A program made the translations under genes and the position numbers. The notes beneath the pieces are model-generated. The model saw only the letters and a program-made list of their open reading frames with translations, made no database searches and was not told the DNA's origin. From positions 25,500 through 89,499 of the forward strand of contig MELF01000029.1 of the NCBI GenBank assembly GCA_001767525.1: a DNA stretch of 64,000 nucleotides, given 5' to 3'. This stretch comes from Acidobacteria bacterium RIFCSPLOWO2_12_FULL_68_19 (GTDB taxonomy: Bacteria; Acidobacteriota; Vicinamibacteria; Vicinamibacterales; UBA2999). Shown in pieces: positions 30,431-39,964 of this stretch. The stretch's first letter is position 1. Each line of letters starts with the position of its first letter.

Positions 30431-31441
30431 ATGCGCAGGCGAGACTTTCTGAAAACGTCGGCCGCGGCGGGCACGGGGGTGCTCGGCTCCGCAGTGGCGG
30501 CGCCTCTGGCGCAGACGCGCAAGCCGATCCGCATCGTGCTCGGCGGCTACGCGCCGGCCAAGAACGGCTTCAGCGTCTCGCTGAAGCGGATCGGCGATCG
30601 GATCGCCGCCAGGTTCAAGGGCGACGTGGAGGTCCGGTACGTCTACAACATCCTCGACCTCGGCTACCGCGCCGACGACATCCTATGGCTGGTCGAAAGC
30701 GGAGTGCTGACGCTCGGCTATCAGTCGAGCAGCTACTTCACCGAGCGGGTGCCGGAGGTCGGCATCGCGGACCTCCCGTTCATCTTCTCGAGCACGCCGG
30801 CCGCGCGGGCCGCGATGGACGGCCGCTTCGGCCGCATCCTCGCCGAGCGGATCGAGGCGGGCATGGACCTGCGGGTGCTCGGCTGGTTCGAGAACGGGTT
30901 CCGGCACGTGTCCAACCGCGTGCGCCCGATCCGCGTTCCCGCCGATATGAAGGGGCTCACCATCCGCGTGCTGCCGAGCAAGGTGCAGGCGCGGACCTTC
31001 GAGCTGCTCGGTGCGATCCCGAAGATCATGGACCTCACCGAGGCGATTGCGGCGGTGAAGGCCGGCACGCTCGACGCCCAGGAGAACCCGTTCCTGAACA
31101 CGGTGACCTACGGCGTGCACAACTTCCACAAGTTTCACACCGCGAGCAACCACTTCTACCTGTCGCGGCCCATCTTCCTTCACCGGCCGTCCTTCGACGC
31201 GTGGCCGCGCGAGCTGCAGCAGGAGCTGCGCGCGGCGATCGCCGACACGGTCGCCTACCAGCGCGAGCTGCACGTCCGGGAAGAGGACGAGTCGGCCGAG
31301 GCGATCCGGAAGTCGGGAGGCGAGATCATCGAGCTGACGCCGGAGCAGCACAAGGCCTTTGTCGCCGCCGTCAGCCCGATCTACGACGAAGCCCGCACGC
31401 AGTACGGCCGGGAGCTGCTGGGGCTGGTGAATCTGACGTAG
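30431..31441 (+). CDS. dctP: TRAP transporter substrate-binding protein (DctP family), Tat signal
   Basis: MRRRDFLK; ENGFRH, DMKGLTIRV, LDAQENP. Confidence 0.88.
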   Translation: MRRRDFLKTSAAAGTGVLGSAVAAPLAQTRKPIRIVLGGYAPAKNGFSVSLKRIGDRIAARFKGDVEVRYVYNILDLGYRADDILWLVESGVLTLGYQSSSYFTERVPEVGIADLPFIFSSTPAARAAMDGRFGRILAERIEAGMDLRVLGWFENGFRHVSNRVRPIRVPADMKGLTIRVLPSKVQARTFELLGAIPKIMDLTEAIAAVKAGTLDAQENPFLNTVTYGVHNFHKFHTASNHFYLSRPIFLHRPSFDAWPRELQQELRAAIADTVAYQRELHVREEDESAEAIRKSGGEIIELTPEQHKAFVAAVSPIYDEARTQYGRELLGLVNLT

Positions 31442-31443
31442 CT

Positions 31444-31519
31444 GGCTCTGGGCTTCCGGCGTCAGTCAGGCTTCGGCGGACGCCCAAGACCCAACGCCCA
31501 ACTCCCAACGCCCAGAGCC
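31444..31519. repeat. 10-bp inverted repeat enclosing (CCCAACG)-type 7-bp units; probable terminator
   Basis: ggctctgggc ... gcccagagcc between convergent genes; units cccaaga/cccaacg/cccaact. Confidence 0.7.
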
Positions 31520-31536
31520 CACAGTCCAAAGTCGGT

Positions 31537-32580
31537 CTACTCGAGCACATCCGACAGGTCGTAGGAGGCGACGGTGTTCTCGTTCATGTGCGGAACGAGG
31601 AGCACGTTGCCCGCCGCCACGAACCCGATGTCAGCGGAGCCGGGCTTGAACTGGCGCAGCTCCCGCACCTCGCCCTTGGCGGACACCTGCATCACCTTGC
31701 CCGCGAGATAGTCGCTCACGATGTAGCCGCCGCGCCCGTCCGCCTCGACGCCGTCGATGTTGGCGAACGGCTTCGGCGTAATCGGCGCCTTCTGCTTGGT
31801 CTGCAGGTCGAGCGCGAACAGCCGCCCCGGGACGTCGGTCGAGAAATCGGGCTTCGGCTTGCCCCAGCCGCCGACAATCAACCGAGCCCCGTCGACGAGC
31901 AGCCCGTTCGGCCATTCGAGCTGCTCGCCCTCGGCAAAGACCGCCGCCTTCCCGTCGCGCACCGCGTAGATGCGGTTGGCCATCATGTCCGACACGTAGA
32001 CCGTGCCGTCGGATCCCACGGCGACATCGTTCAAGAACTGCGCGCCGTCGATCTTCGTCCGCGACGTGACCGTGGCGGTGGCAATGTCGATCCCCACGAC
32101 CTCGTCGAGATCCGCCGTCCACAGCGTGCCGTTGTGGCTGCGGAGGCCCTTGGGGGCGTTGAGCCCGGTCACCCAGGTGGACGACACGACGTGGCCGTCG
32201 CCGCCGAGCTGGACGATGCGTCCGTTGCCGTCCCGGCCGTCGGGGGCGCCGGCGATCTGCGACGTGAAGATGAAGCCGGACGCCGCGTCGGCGTACACGC
32301 TTTCCGGCGTCTCGATGCCGTCGGTGACCGACCAGCCGGCGGTCATCGGCGCGGCATGCACCGCCGGGTCGTGCGCCTCAGCGGCCGGCCGCGGTTCCGC
32401 CGGCGCTTCGCTGCGGCCGCAGGAGGCGAGCAGCGTGCCCATGGCGAGCACGCAAACAAGGGTGCGAGGTGCGACGGTGCGACGGTGCGAGGGTGCGTCC
32501 GACGGTGCGAGGGTGCGCGGTGCGTCCGACGGTGCGAGGGTGCGAGAGTGCGAGGTGCAACGAGCAACGGATCGAATCAT
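31537..32580 (-). CDS. SMP-30/gluconolactonase-like beta-propeller lipoprotein with repeat-expanded signal region
   Basis: GAGGAG RBS before ATG 32580; lipobox LLASC; TPESV, GLNAPKG, FLNDVAV, PNGL, DGVEADG. Confidence 0.8.
   Translation of the reverse strand: MIRSVARCTSHSRTLAPSDAPRTLAPSDAPSHRRTVAPRTLVCVLAMGTLLASCGRSEAPAEPRPAAEAHDPAVHAAPMTAGWSVTDGIETPESVYADAASGFIFTSQIAGAPDGRDGNGRIVQLGGDGHVVSSTWVTGLNAPKGLRSHNGTLWTADLDEVVGIDIATATVTSRTKIDGAQFLNDVAVGSDGTVYVSDMMANRIYAVRDGKAAVFAEGEQLEWPNGLLVDGARLIVGGWGKPKPDFSTDVPGRLFALDLQTKQKAPITPKPFANIDGVEADGRGGYIVSDYLAGKVMQVSAKGEVRELRQFKPGSADIGFVAAGNVLLVPHMNENTVASYDLSDVLE
32460..32561. repeat. GTGCG-core 7-12 bp tandem repeat inside a coding region
   Basis: About 12 GTGCG(A) cores; translates on the minus strand as RTLAPSDAP x2 / SHRRTVAP. 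Confidence 0.85.
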
Positions 32581-32589
32581 AGGTCTCCT

Positions 32590-35277
32590 CTACGTGAGCA
32601 ATGTCTCGATGATGCCGCGGCTGGCGGCGAGCATTTCGCCAATCTTCGACGGATCCTTGCCGCCCGCCTCGGCGAAGTCGGGCCGCCCGCCGCCGCCGCC
32701 GCCGACGATGGGCGCAATCTGCTTGACGATCTGACCGGCCGGCGCTCTCTTCGTCAGGTCCGGCGTGACGCCGACGACGATCGCCACTTTGCCGTCGGAC
32801 GATTGGGCCAGGATGACAATCCCGCTCTGGAGGCGCGAGCGGTGCTCGTCGACCAGCGAGCGCAGGCCGTCTCTGTCGAGGCCGCTGACCTCACGGGCGA
32901 TCAGCGTAACCCCGGCCACCTCCGTTGCTTCCTCGGTTGGGCCGCTGGCGCCGCCCCCCAGGGCGGCCTTCATCCGCGCCTGCTGCAGGTCGCGGGCGAG
33001 CTTCCTGTTCTCGTTCTGCAGGGCGGCGATCCGCGCGGCCAGCTCGCCGGGCCTTGCGCCGAGCGCCGCCGCCAGTTGCGCCAGCTCGCCGCGGGCGCGC
33101 TCGAAGGCGGAGAGCGACTCCAGGCCCGTAAGCGCCTCGATGCGCCGGACGCCCGCCGCGATGCCTCCCTCCGAGACGATCGCGAACAGGCCGATGTCGC
33201 CGGTCGCGCGGACGTGGGTGCCGCCGCACAGCTCCACGCTGAACCCGGGCACCGAGACCACCCGGACGCGGTCGCCGTACTTCTCGCCGAAGAGCGCCAT
33301 CGCGCCGGCGGCGATCGCCTCCTGCGTATTGCTGACGTCGGTCTGGACCGCGACGTTCCCGACAACGCGCTCGTTGACGAGACGTTCGATATCGGCGAGC
33401 TCGTCGGGCGTGAGCGCGGCGAAGTGGACGAAGTCGAAGCGCAGCCGGTCCGGCGCGACGAGCGACCCTGCCTGCTTGACGTGTCCGCCGAGCACCTGCC
33501 GCAGGGCGGCGTGGAGCAGGTGGGTCGCCGTGTGATTCCGGCGCGTCGCGTCGCGCTTGGCGGCGTCGACCTCGGCCGCGATCGTGTCGCGCCAGGCGAG
33601 CGCCCCGCGCGTCACCGTGATCGCATGGAAGCGCGGGAGTTCGGCGGGGCCTTTCACGACGCTTGTCACGGTGGCCTCGCCGCGCGGGCCGCTCAGCCGG
33701 CCGGTGTCGGACACCTGACCGCCCGATTGCAGGTAGAAGGGCGTCTCCGCGAGGGCCGCGAAGCCGTCGTTGCCTGCGTCCAGCTGCTCGACGGGCTGGC
33801 GGCTCCCGTCCAGCAGCTCGACGATCTGCGTGTTGACGGCGGTCGTGTCGTATCCGCGAAACACGTCTGGGACCTGGCCGAGATGAGGCCGCGTCCGCCA
33901 CGCCGGCCGCTCGCCCGCGGCGGGGGCGCCGAACTTGCTCTTGGCGCGCGCCTTGTCGCGCTGCGCCTCCATGGCGCGCTCGAACCGCTCGCGGTCGAGC
34001 GTGAGCCGGCGCTCGTCGATCATGTCCTCGATGAAGTCGCGCGGCAGGCCGTAGGTGTCGTACAGCCGGAAGGCCGCGTCGCCCGGCACGAGACCCCCGG
34101 CCGCCGCGGCCGTGTCGAGCACCTCCTCGAGACGAGGGAGGCCGCCCGCGAGTACCGCGTCGAACCGCTCCTCCTCGCTGTGGATGACCCGCACGATCGC
34201 CTCGCGGCCCGTCTTCAGCTCGGGGTAGGCGCCGCCGAAGTCGCGGACCAGCGTATCGACGAGGGCGTACAAGAAGGGCTCCCTCATCCCGAGGCGCATG
34301 CCGTGCCGCATCGCCCGCCGCATGATCTTGCGAAGCACGTAGCCGCGCCACTCGTTGGACGGCACGACGCCGTCGGCGATGAGGAACGTCATCGCCCGGA
34401 GGTGGTCGGCGATCACGCGCATGGAGACGTCCGGCGGCGCCATCGAGCCGCCGTGCCGGGTGCCGGCGCGCTCGCCGATGGCCGCGAGCAGCGGCGTGAA
34501 GAGGTCGGTGTCGTAGTTCGACAGGTGCCCCTGGAGCACGGCGGTGATGCGCTCGAGCCCCATGCCGGTGTCGATCGAGGGGGCCGGCAGCGGCCTGAGC
34601 GTGCCGTCGGCCTGCCGGTCGAATTCCATGAAGACGTTGTTCCAGATCTCGATGTAGCGGTCGCAACTGCACTCGAGGCCGCGGCAGCCGCCCGCGCCCT
34701 CCTCGCTGCAGGCGGTCTCCGGGCCGCGGTAGTAGTAGATCTCGGAGCAGCGGCCGCACGGGCCGGTGTCGCCCATCTGCCAGAAGTTGTCCGAGGTGCC
34801 GAGCTCGCCAATCCGATCGGACGGCAGGTACCGGGCCCACGCGTCGTACGCCTCGGCGTCGCGCGGAACGGCCGCCTCGCCCCTGAATACGGTGGCGTAG
34901 AGCCGGTCCGGCGGCAGCGCCCACTGCTTCGTCAGCAGGTCCCAGGCGAACGTGATCGCCTCCTGCTTGAAATAGTCGCCGAAGGAGAAGTTGCCGAGCA
35001 TCTCGAAGAACGTGTGATGCCGCAGCGACGGTCCGACGTTGTCGAGGTCGTTGTGCTTGCCGCTGACGCGCATGCACTTCTGCGCGGTGGCGGCGCGCCT
35101 GTAGTCGCGCGTCTCGCGGCCGAGGAACGCGTCCTTGAACTGGTTCATCCCCGCGTTGGTGAAGAGCAGGGTCGGATCGTCGTGCGGCACGAGGGGCGAG
35201 CTGGCGACGACCCGGTGGCCGTGCCGCTCGAAGTAGGCGAGGAACGAGCGGCGGATCTCGTTCGCGCTAATCGTCAT
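32590..35277 (-). CDS. alaS: Alanyl-tRNA synthetase
   Basis: LLFTNAGMNQFK, HHTFFEMLGNFSFGDYFK, IDTGMGLER, RNHTATHLL, ELCGGTHV, GGGGGRP. Confidence 0.98.
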   Translation of the reverse strand: MTISANEIRRSFLAYFERHGHRVVASSPLVPHDDPTLLFTNAGMNQFKDAFLGRETRDYRRAATAQKCMRVSGKHNDLDNVGPSLRHHTFFEMLGNFSFGDYFKQEAITFAWDLLTKQWALPPDRLYATVFRGEAAVPRDAEAYDAWARYLPSDRIGELGTSDNFWQMGDTGPCGRCSEIYYYRGPETACSEEGAGGCRGLECSCDRYIEIWNNVFMEFDRQADGTLRPLPAPSIDTGMGLERITAVLQGHLSNYDTDLFTPLLAAIGERAGTRHGGSMAPPDVSMRVIADHLRAMTFLIADGVVPSNEWRGYVLRKIMRRAMRHGMRLGMREPFLYALVDTLVRDFGGAYPELKTGREAIVRVIHSEEERFDAVLAGGLPRLEEVLDTAAAAGGLVPGDAAFRLYDTYGLPRDFIEDMIDERRLTLDRERFERAMEAQRDKARAKSKFGAPAAGERPAWRTRPHLGQVPDVFRGYDTTAVNTQIVELLDGSRQPVEQLDAGNDGFAALAETPFYLQSGGQVSDTGRLSGPRGEATVTSVVKGPAELPRFHAITVTRGALAWRDTIAAEVDAAKRDATRRNHTATHLLHAALRQVLGGHVKQAGSLVAPDRLRFDFVHFAALTPDELADIERLVNERVVGNVAVQTDVSNTQEAIAAGAMALFGEKYGDRVRVVSVPGFSVELCGGTHVRATGDIGLFAIVSEGGIAAGVRRIEALTGLESLSAFERARGELAQLAAALGARPGELAARIAALQNENRKLARDLQQARMKAALGGGASGPTEEATEVAGVTLIAREVSGLDRDGLRSLVDEHRSRLQSGIVILAQSSDGKVAIVVGVTPDLTKRAPAGQIVKQIAPIVGGGGGGRPDFAEAGGKDPSKIGEMLAASRGIIETLLT

Positions 35278-35743
35278 GGTGTGCACCCGTGAGGCGGCTC
35301 CGGATCGCGGCCATGACGCGGCCCGGGTCGAAGCCCTGCGCGAGCAGATACCGGTGGAGGCGCCCGAAGGCCGCCGTGGTCGGCTCCGGAACGCCGCCGC
35401 CGCGGCGCAGCCGGCGCTCGAGGGCCTCCGCGATGAGCGCATCCTCGTCCAGGTCGGCGAACGCCTCGGCGACCGCCGCCCGGGCGATGCCGCGGGGAAT
35501 GCCGATCGCCTCGACCTGCCGGAGCGCGCGGAGGCGGCCGTGCCGCTTGAGGTGCGCTTCGGTGCGGGCGCAGGCGAGCGCGGTCCGGCGATCGTCGAGC
35601 GCTCCTTCGCGCCGGAGCCGGGCCAGGGCGGCGTCGACCTCCTCGTCGTCGAACCGCCGCCGCCGCAGACGCGCGCCGAGTTGCGCCTCGCTCAGCTCGC
35701 GGCGCGCCAGCAGCTTCAGGCCGGCCACGTACGCGTCCGCCAT
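35267..35743 (-). CDS. recX: Regulatory protein RecX
   Basis: LKLLARRELSEAQL, LDDRRTA, RYLLAQGF. Confidence 0.88.
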   Translation of the reverse strand: MADAYVAGLKLLARRELSEAQLGARLRRRRFDDEEVDAALARLRREGALDDRRTALACARTEAHLKRHGRLRALRQVEAIGIPRGIARAAVAEAFADLDEDALIAEALERRLRRGGGVPEPTTAAFGRLHRYLLAQGFDPGRVMAAIRSRLTGAHHDD

Positions 35744-35836
35744 CCTGTCATTGTGTAACTCGAGACGCCGGAGTCACAACTCGAAAACGACGGGACCCGT
35801 CCACGGCGTGCGTGTCGAGCTGCGGCGAAGACCGCG

Positions 35837-36985
35837 TCAGCCGCCGAGCCGCGTGATCCGCGGCGCGGCGCCGCCGGCGCCGGCGCGCGCCATCTCGTCG
35901 CGCGCCATGTCGGAGGTGGTCGTGATCCCCTGCATCCGCAGCTTGAACTCGTCGGGGTTCGTGGCCCAGCGGAGCGCCTCCTCCGCGGTCACGAACTTCT
36001 GCTCGTACAGGAAGAAGATCGACTGGTCGAAGGTCTGCATCCCGTACTGCGACGTGCCCTGGGCGATGGCGCCGCGGATCTGACTGGTCTTGTCGCGGTC
36101 GAGAATGCAGTCGCGGATGAACGGGGTGGCGATCATCACCTCGACCGCCGGCACGCGCCCCTTGCCGTCGGCCCGCGGCATTAGGCGCTGGGAGATCACC
36201 GCCTTGAGGACGCTGGCGAGCTGGATGCGCACCTGCTGCTGCTGATGGGTCGGGAAGACGGTGATGATGCGGTTGATCGTCTCGGTCGCGTCGAGCGTGT
36301 GCAGCGTCGAGAACACCAGGTGCCCCGTCTCGGCGGCCAGGAGCGCCGTCTCGATCGTCTCGAAATCGCGCATCTCGCCGACGAGAATGACGTCGGGATC
36401 CTGCCGGAGCGCGCTCCGGAGCGCCTGGGCGAACGAGGTGGTGTCGGTGCCCACCTCGCGCTGGCAGATGATCGACCGCTTGTCCCGATGGAGGTACTCG
36501 ATCGGGTCCTCGATGGTCATGATGTTGACCGTCGCCGTGGTGTTGATCTCGTCGATCATCGAAGAGAGCGTCGTCGTCTTGCCCGAGCCGGTCGTGCCGG
36601 TGACGAGCACGAGCCCGCGTTCCTCGTGGGCGACCCTCTTGAGGACCGGCGGGAGCATCAGCTCCGCAATGGTGAGGACGCGCATCGGGATGACCCGAAA
36701 GGTCATCCCGAGCGTGCCGCGCTGCTGGAAGATGTTGCAGCGGAATCGCCCCAGCCCGGCGATGCCGTAGGCGAGGTCCACCTCGTGCGTGTCGGCGAAC
36801 TTCTCGCGCACCTCCGCCGGCAGGACCGTCTGGGAGATCGCCACCATGTCGTCGTGGCTGAGGCGCTCCTGGGAGAGCGGCGCCAGGTCGCCCCGCACCC
36901 GAACCATCGGGTAGCTCCCGGCCTTGAGGTGCAGGTCCGAGGCGCCGCGCTCGACGGCCGCCTTCAGCAGATCGTTGACGTGCAT
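35837..36985 (-). CDS. pilT: Type IV pilus twitching motility ATPase (PilT/PilU)
   Basis: ASDLHL, GRFRCNIFQQRG, GTTGSGKTTT, ALRQDPDVILVGEMRD, AETGHLVFSTLHT. Confidence 0.93.
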   Translation of the reverse strand: MHVNDLLKAAVERGASDLHLKAGSYPMVRVRGDLAPLSQERLSHDDMVAISQTVLPAEVREKFADTHEVDLAYGIAGLGRFRCNIFQQRGTLGMTFRVIPMRVLTIAELMLPPVLKRVAHEERGLVLVTGTTGSGKTTTLSSMIDEINTTATVNIMTIEDPIEYLHRDKRSIICQREVGTDTTSFAQALRSALRQDPDVILVGEMRDFETIETALLAAETGHLVFSTLHTLDATETINRIITVFPTHQQQQVRIQLASVLKAVISQRLMPRADGKGRVPAVEVMIATPFIRDCILDRDKTSQIRGAIAQGTSQYGMQTFDQSIFFLYEQKFVTAEEALRWATNPDEFKLRMQGITTTSDMARDEMARAGAGGAAPRITRLGG

Positions 36986-36996
36986 CGCTCCTGGAT

Positions 36997-37959
36997 CTAT
37001 CGGCGCGATCCGCCTCCCGATGTAGTCGAGGCCGCGGCGTGCACGTACTGCAGCCAGCCGTGGGTATCGGGCGCCTCTCCCCGGACGATCTGGAAGAAGC
37101 GCTGCTGGATCGCCTCGGTCACCGGGCCGCGCCGGCCGCGGCCGACCGTGATCCGGTCGACCGACCGGATGGGCGTCACCTCGACCGCCGTTCCGACGAA
37201 GAACACCTCCTCGGCCAGGTAGAGCGTCTCCCGGGGCATCGTCTGCTCGCGGACCTCGAAGCCCAGGTCGCGGGCGATCGTCATCGCCGAGTCACGCGTG
37301 ATCCCCCACAGCACGGAGGAGGCGATCGGGGGCGTGTAGACCACGCCGTCGCGCACGATGAAGACGTTCTGGCCGCTGCCTTCGCTGATGTTGCCGGTGG
37401 TGTCGAGGGCGATCCCCTCGGCATAGCCGTCGGTGACCGCTTCCATCTTGATGAGCTGGGCGTTGGCGTAGTTGGCGACGCTCTTGGCCATGGCGGGCGT
37501 CGTGTTCGGCGCGTTCCGTACCCAGGTGCTCACCTTCACGTCGAGGCCCTCCTCGATCGCGTCCTTCGTGAAGTACGCCCCCCACTCCCAGACGAGGATG
37601 GCGACGTCGATGGGGCAGGCGCCGGCATGGACGCCGAGCGTGTCGTAGCCGCGGTAGACGAGCGGCCGGATGTAGCAGGCCCGGAACCCGTTCGCCTGAA
37701 TGGTCTCGATGACCGCGTTGGCGAGCGCCGGCTGGTCGTACGGGATCTCCATCCGGTAGATGCGCGAGGAATCGACGAGGCGGCGCAGGTGGGCGTCGAG
37801 GCGGAAGCAGGCGGGCCCCTGCCGCGTGTCGTAGCACCGGGCGCCCTCGAAGACGCCGCTCCCGTAGTGCACGACGTGCGAGGCGATGTGGATCTTCGCG
37901 TCCTTCCACTCGACCAACGACCCGTTCATCCAGATCTTGCCCGTGCCGGGAAAAGACAT
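36997..37959 (-). CDS. ilvE: Branched-chain amino acid aminotransferase
   Basis: HYGSGVFEGAR, KSVANY (PLP Lys), EGSGQNVF, GITR, FFVGTAVEVTP. Confidence 0.96.
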   Translation of the reverse strand: MSFPGTGKIWMNGSLVEWKDAKIHIASHVVHYGSGVFEGARCYDTRQGPACFRLDAHLRRLVDSSRIYRMEIPYDQPALANAVIETIQANGFRACYIRPLVYRGYDTLGVHAGACPIDVAILVWEWGAYFTKDAIEEGLDVKVSTWVRNAPNTTPAMAKSVANYANAQLIKMEAVTDGYAEGIALDTTGNISEGSGQNVFIVRDGVVYTPPIASSVLWGITRDSAMTIARDLGFEVREQTMPRETLYLAEEVFFVGTAVEVTPIRSVDRITVGRGRRGPVTEAIQQRFFQIVRGEAPDTHGWLQYVHAAASTTSGGGSRR

Positions 37960-37986
37960 CGCGCTGCTCCTTCGCCCGATCGTACC

Positions 37987-38073
37987 CTATTGGCCTTCGC
38001 CGCAGAAGGGGCAGCGGTCGGTGCGGGCGTGCAGCGGCTTCCGGCAGTGCCAGCAGAAGCGCGGTTGCGGCGT
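37987..38073 (-). other. In-frame zinc-ribbon tail beyond the kinase TAG
   Basis: After TAG 38074-38076 the same frame reads TPQPRFCWHCRKPLHARTDRCPFCGEGQ*. Confidence 0.75.
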
Positions 38074-38970
38074 CTAGCGCGCCCGCAGCCGCGACTGGAT
38101 CTCGGACACGCTGGTTTCGACCGGCCCGGCGGCCGGCGCCGGGCCGCGCCGGTGCGGCGTGCGGCGGGGCGGCCTGGTCCGAGCCGCCAGCGCCTCATCG
38201 AGCAGCTCCGACGCCCGCTGGTACCGCTTCGTCAGGTCCGGGGCGAGCGCTTTCAGCACGATGTCGTTGATCGCCCTCGGAATGCGGCCGTTCCGCAGGC
38301 GCGGGGCGGTGACGAGCTCGCCGCGCATCAGGCGCTCGATGTCGCCGGGCGCCGGCGTGTCGTACGGCAGCGTTCCGGTCAGCATCTGGTACATCGTGAT
38401 GCCGATGGAGTAGACGTCGCTGGCAAACACCGCCTTGCCGTGGAACTGTTCGGGCGCCATGTACGGCGGGCTGCCGATGACGGTCGTGCCGTGCGCGGCG
38501 ATTTCGAGGAACCGCGACGTCCCGAAGTCGGTGACCTTGAGCAGACCCGTGTCGGAGACGAGCATGTTGCCGGGCCGCAGGTCCCGGTGGAGGATGCCGG
38601 CGCGGTGCGCGTGATCGACGGCGTTGCAGATCTGACAGGTGAAATCGAGGGCGCGCGTCAACTCGAGCGCCCCGTCGCGAAGGATGGTCTGCTCGAGCGT
38701 CTCGCCCTGCACGTACTCCATCACGATGAAGAACACGTCGTCCTGCTTCTCCGCGGTGAGCACCGTGACGATGTTCGGGTGGCTCATCGAGGCGAGCAGG
38801 CGCGGTTCCTTCAGCATCTCGCTGAAGTCGAGGTTCTGCTTGTGCGGGACCTTGAGGGCGACCTTCTTGTCGATCCACGTGTCTTCCGCCAGATAGACCG
38901 TACCGAACCCGCCGCTCCCGAGCGAAGAGACGACGCGGTACTTGCCGATGGTCTGACCGCGGAAGAACAT
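38074..38970 (-). CDS. Hanks-type Ser/Thr protein kinase
   Basis: LGSGGFGTVY, VALK, HRDLRPGN, VTDFG, GSPPYMAPE, SDVYSIG. Confidence 0.95.
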   Translation of the reverse strand: MFFRGQTIGKYRVVSSLGSGGFGTVYLAEDTWIDKKVALKVPHKQNLDFSEMLKEPRLLASMSHPNIVTVLTAEKQDDVFFIVMEYVQGETLEQTILRDGALELTRALDFTCQICNAVDHAHRAGILHRDLRPGNMLVSDTGLLKVTDFGTSRFLEIAAHGTTVIGSPPYMAPEQFHGKAVFASDVYSIGITMYQMLTGTLPYDTPAPGDIERLMRGELVTAPRLRNGRIPRAINDIVLKALAPDLTKRYQRASELLDEALAARTRPPRRTPHRRGPAPAAGPVETSVSEIQSRLRAR

Positions 38971-38997
38971 CTGAAGGTGCGTCGAGTATAGCAGCGC

Positions 38998-39747
38998 TCA
39001 GAATTCGCGCCAGGCCGCGTAGAGCGCGGCGAGCGCGACGAGTCCCATCACGTCGGCCCGCAGCGTGCGGCCGCCGAGCGTCACGAGGCGGCAGGCGGCC
39101 GCGGCGCGCTCGATCTCGGCGGCGTCCCAGCCGCCTTCAGGTCCAATGACGATGGTCGTCTCGCGGGGCGGAGCGACGTCCAGCTCGGCGAGCGGCTGCG
39201 CCCCGTCTGCGAAGGACGGTTCGACCAACATCAGCCCGGGGCCGGGGAGCGACATGTGGGCGAGCGCGGCGGCGACCTCGGCGAAGAGGCGCGGCTCGAG
39301 GATCGGCGGCACCGTGGCGCGGCCGCACTGCTTGGCCGAGGAGACGGCGATGCGCGCCCAGCGCTCGCGGCGGCGGCTGCGCCGGAGCGTCGCCAGGCCG
39401 ACCTCGGTGCGCGCGGTGACCATCGGCTGGACGGCCGCGACGCCCATCATGACCCCGTCGCGCACGACCTGGTCCATGCGATCGCCTTTGAGGACCGCCT
39501 GGGCGAGCGTCACCGCGACCCGCGGTTCCGGGGCGGGCGCGCGCGCGGCGCCGAGCCGCAGGTGGACGCGCCCTCTCCGGGCGGCCTCCACCACCGCCTC
39601 GAACTCGCTCCCGCGGCCGTTGAACACGCGGACCACTGCGCCGGCCCCGAGGCGCAGCACCCGGGTGAGGTGCGCCGCCTCCTCCTCGGGGAGCCCGACG
39701 AGGTCGCCGGGCCTCTCGGCGTCCGGACCGTAGAATCGCGGCGTCAC
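38998..39747 (-). CDS. rsmE: 16S rRNA m3U1498 methyltransferase
   Basis: HLTRVLRL, SSAKQCGR, VIGPEGGW, LGGRTLRADV (SPOUT). GTG 39747 chosen. Confidence 0.93.
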   Translation of the reverse strand: MTPRFYGPDAERPGDLVGLPEEEAAHLTRVLRLGAGAVVRVFNGRGSEFEAVVEAARRGRVHLRLGAARAPAPEPRVAVTLAQAVLKGDRMDQVVRDGVMMGVAAVQPMVTARTEVGLATLRRSRRRERWARIAVSSAKQCGRATVPPILEPRLFAEVAAALAHMSLPGPGLMLVEPSFADGAQPLAELDVAPPRETTIVIGPEGGWDAAEIERAAAACRLVTLGGRTLRADVMGLVALAALYAAWREF

Positions 39748-39753
39748 AGGGCG

Positions 39754-39759
39754 ATTATG
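39754..39759 (-). promoter_or_regulatory. -10 box of probable leaderless rsmE promoter
   Basis: CATAAT 6 nt before GTG. Confidence 0.5.
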
Positions 39760-39964
39760 TGGCATGCCCACAGACGGCGGTGAGCCGTGAGGAAGATTCC
39801 GCGCCCAGAAACGGGTTCCGGGCGTGACTGCCGGTGCGCCGGCAGAACGGGAGGCGCGAATGTGTGTGGTTCGCCTGGCTCTTGATTCCCACACCAAACG
39901 ACGGCACGATCTGGGCACCTCGGACGGCTCTCGTGTGGGGTCGGCCGCGAACAGGAGGCAGGCA

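Noticed and set aside
38074-38076. Genome-wide TAG recoding or pyrrolysine
   Set aside because: fabD, acpP, etfA, leuS, alaS and recX end normally at TAG; no pyl genes are in the window.
39770-39960. Possible riboswitch upstream of the hydrolase gene
   Set aside because: Some GC-rich pairing (CCCACAC/GTGTGGG) but no recognisable aptamer consensus; would need an Infernal/Rfam search.
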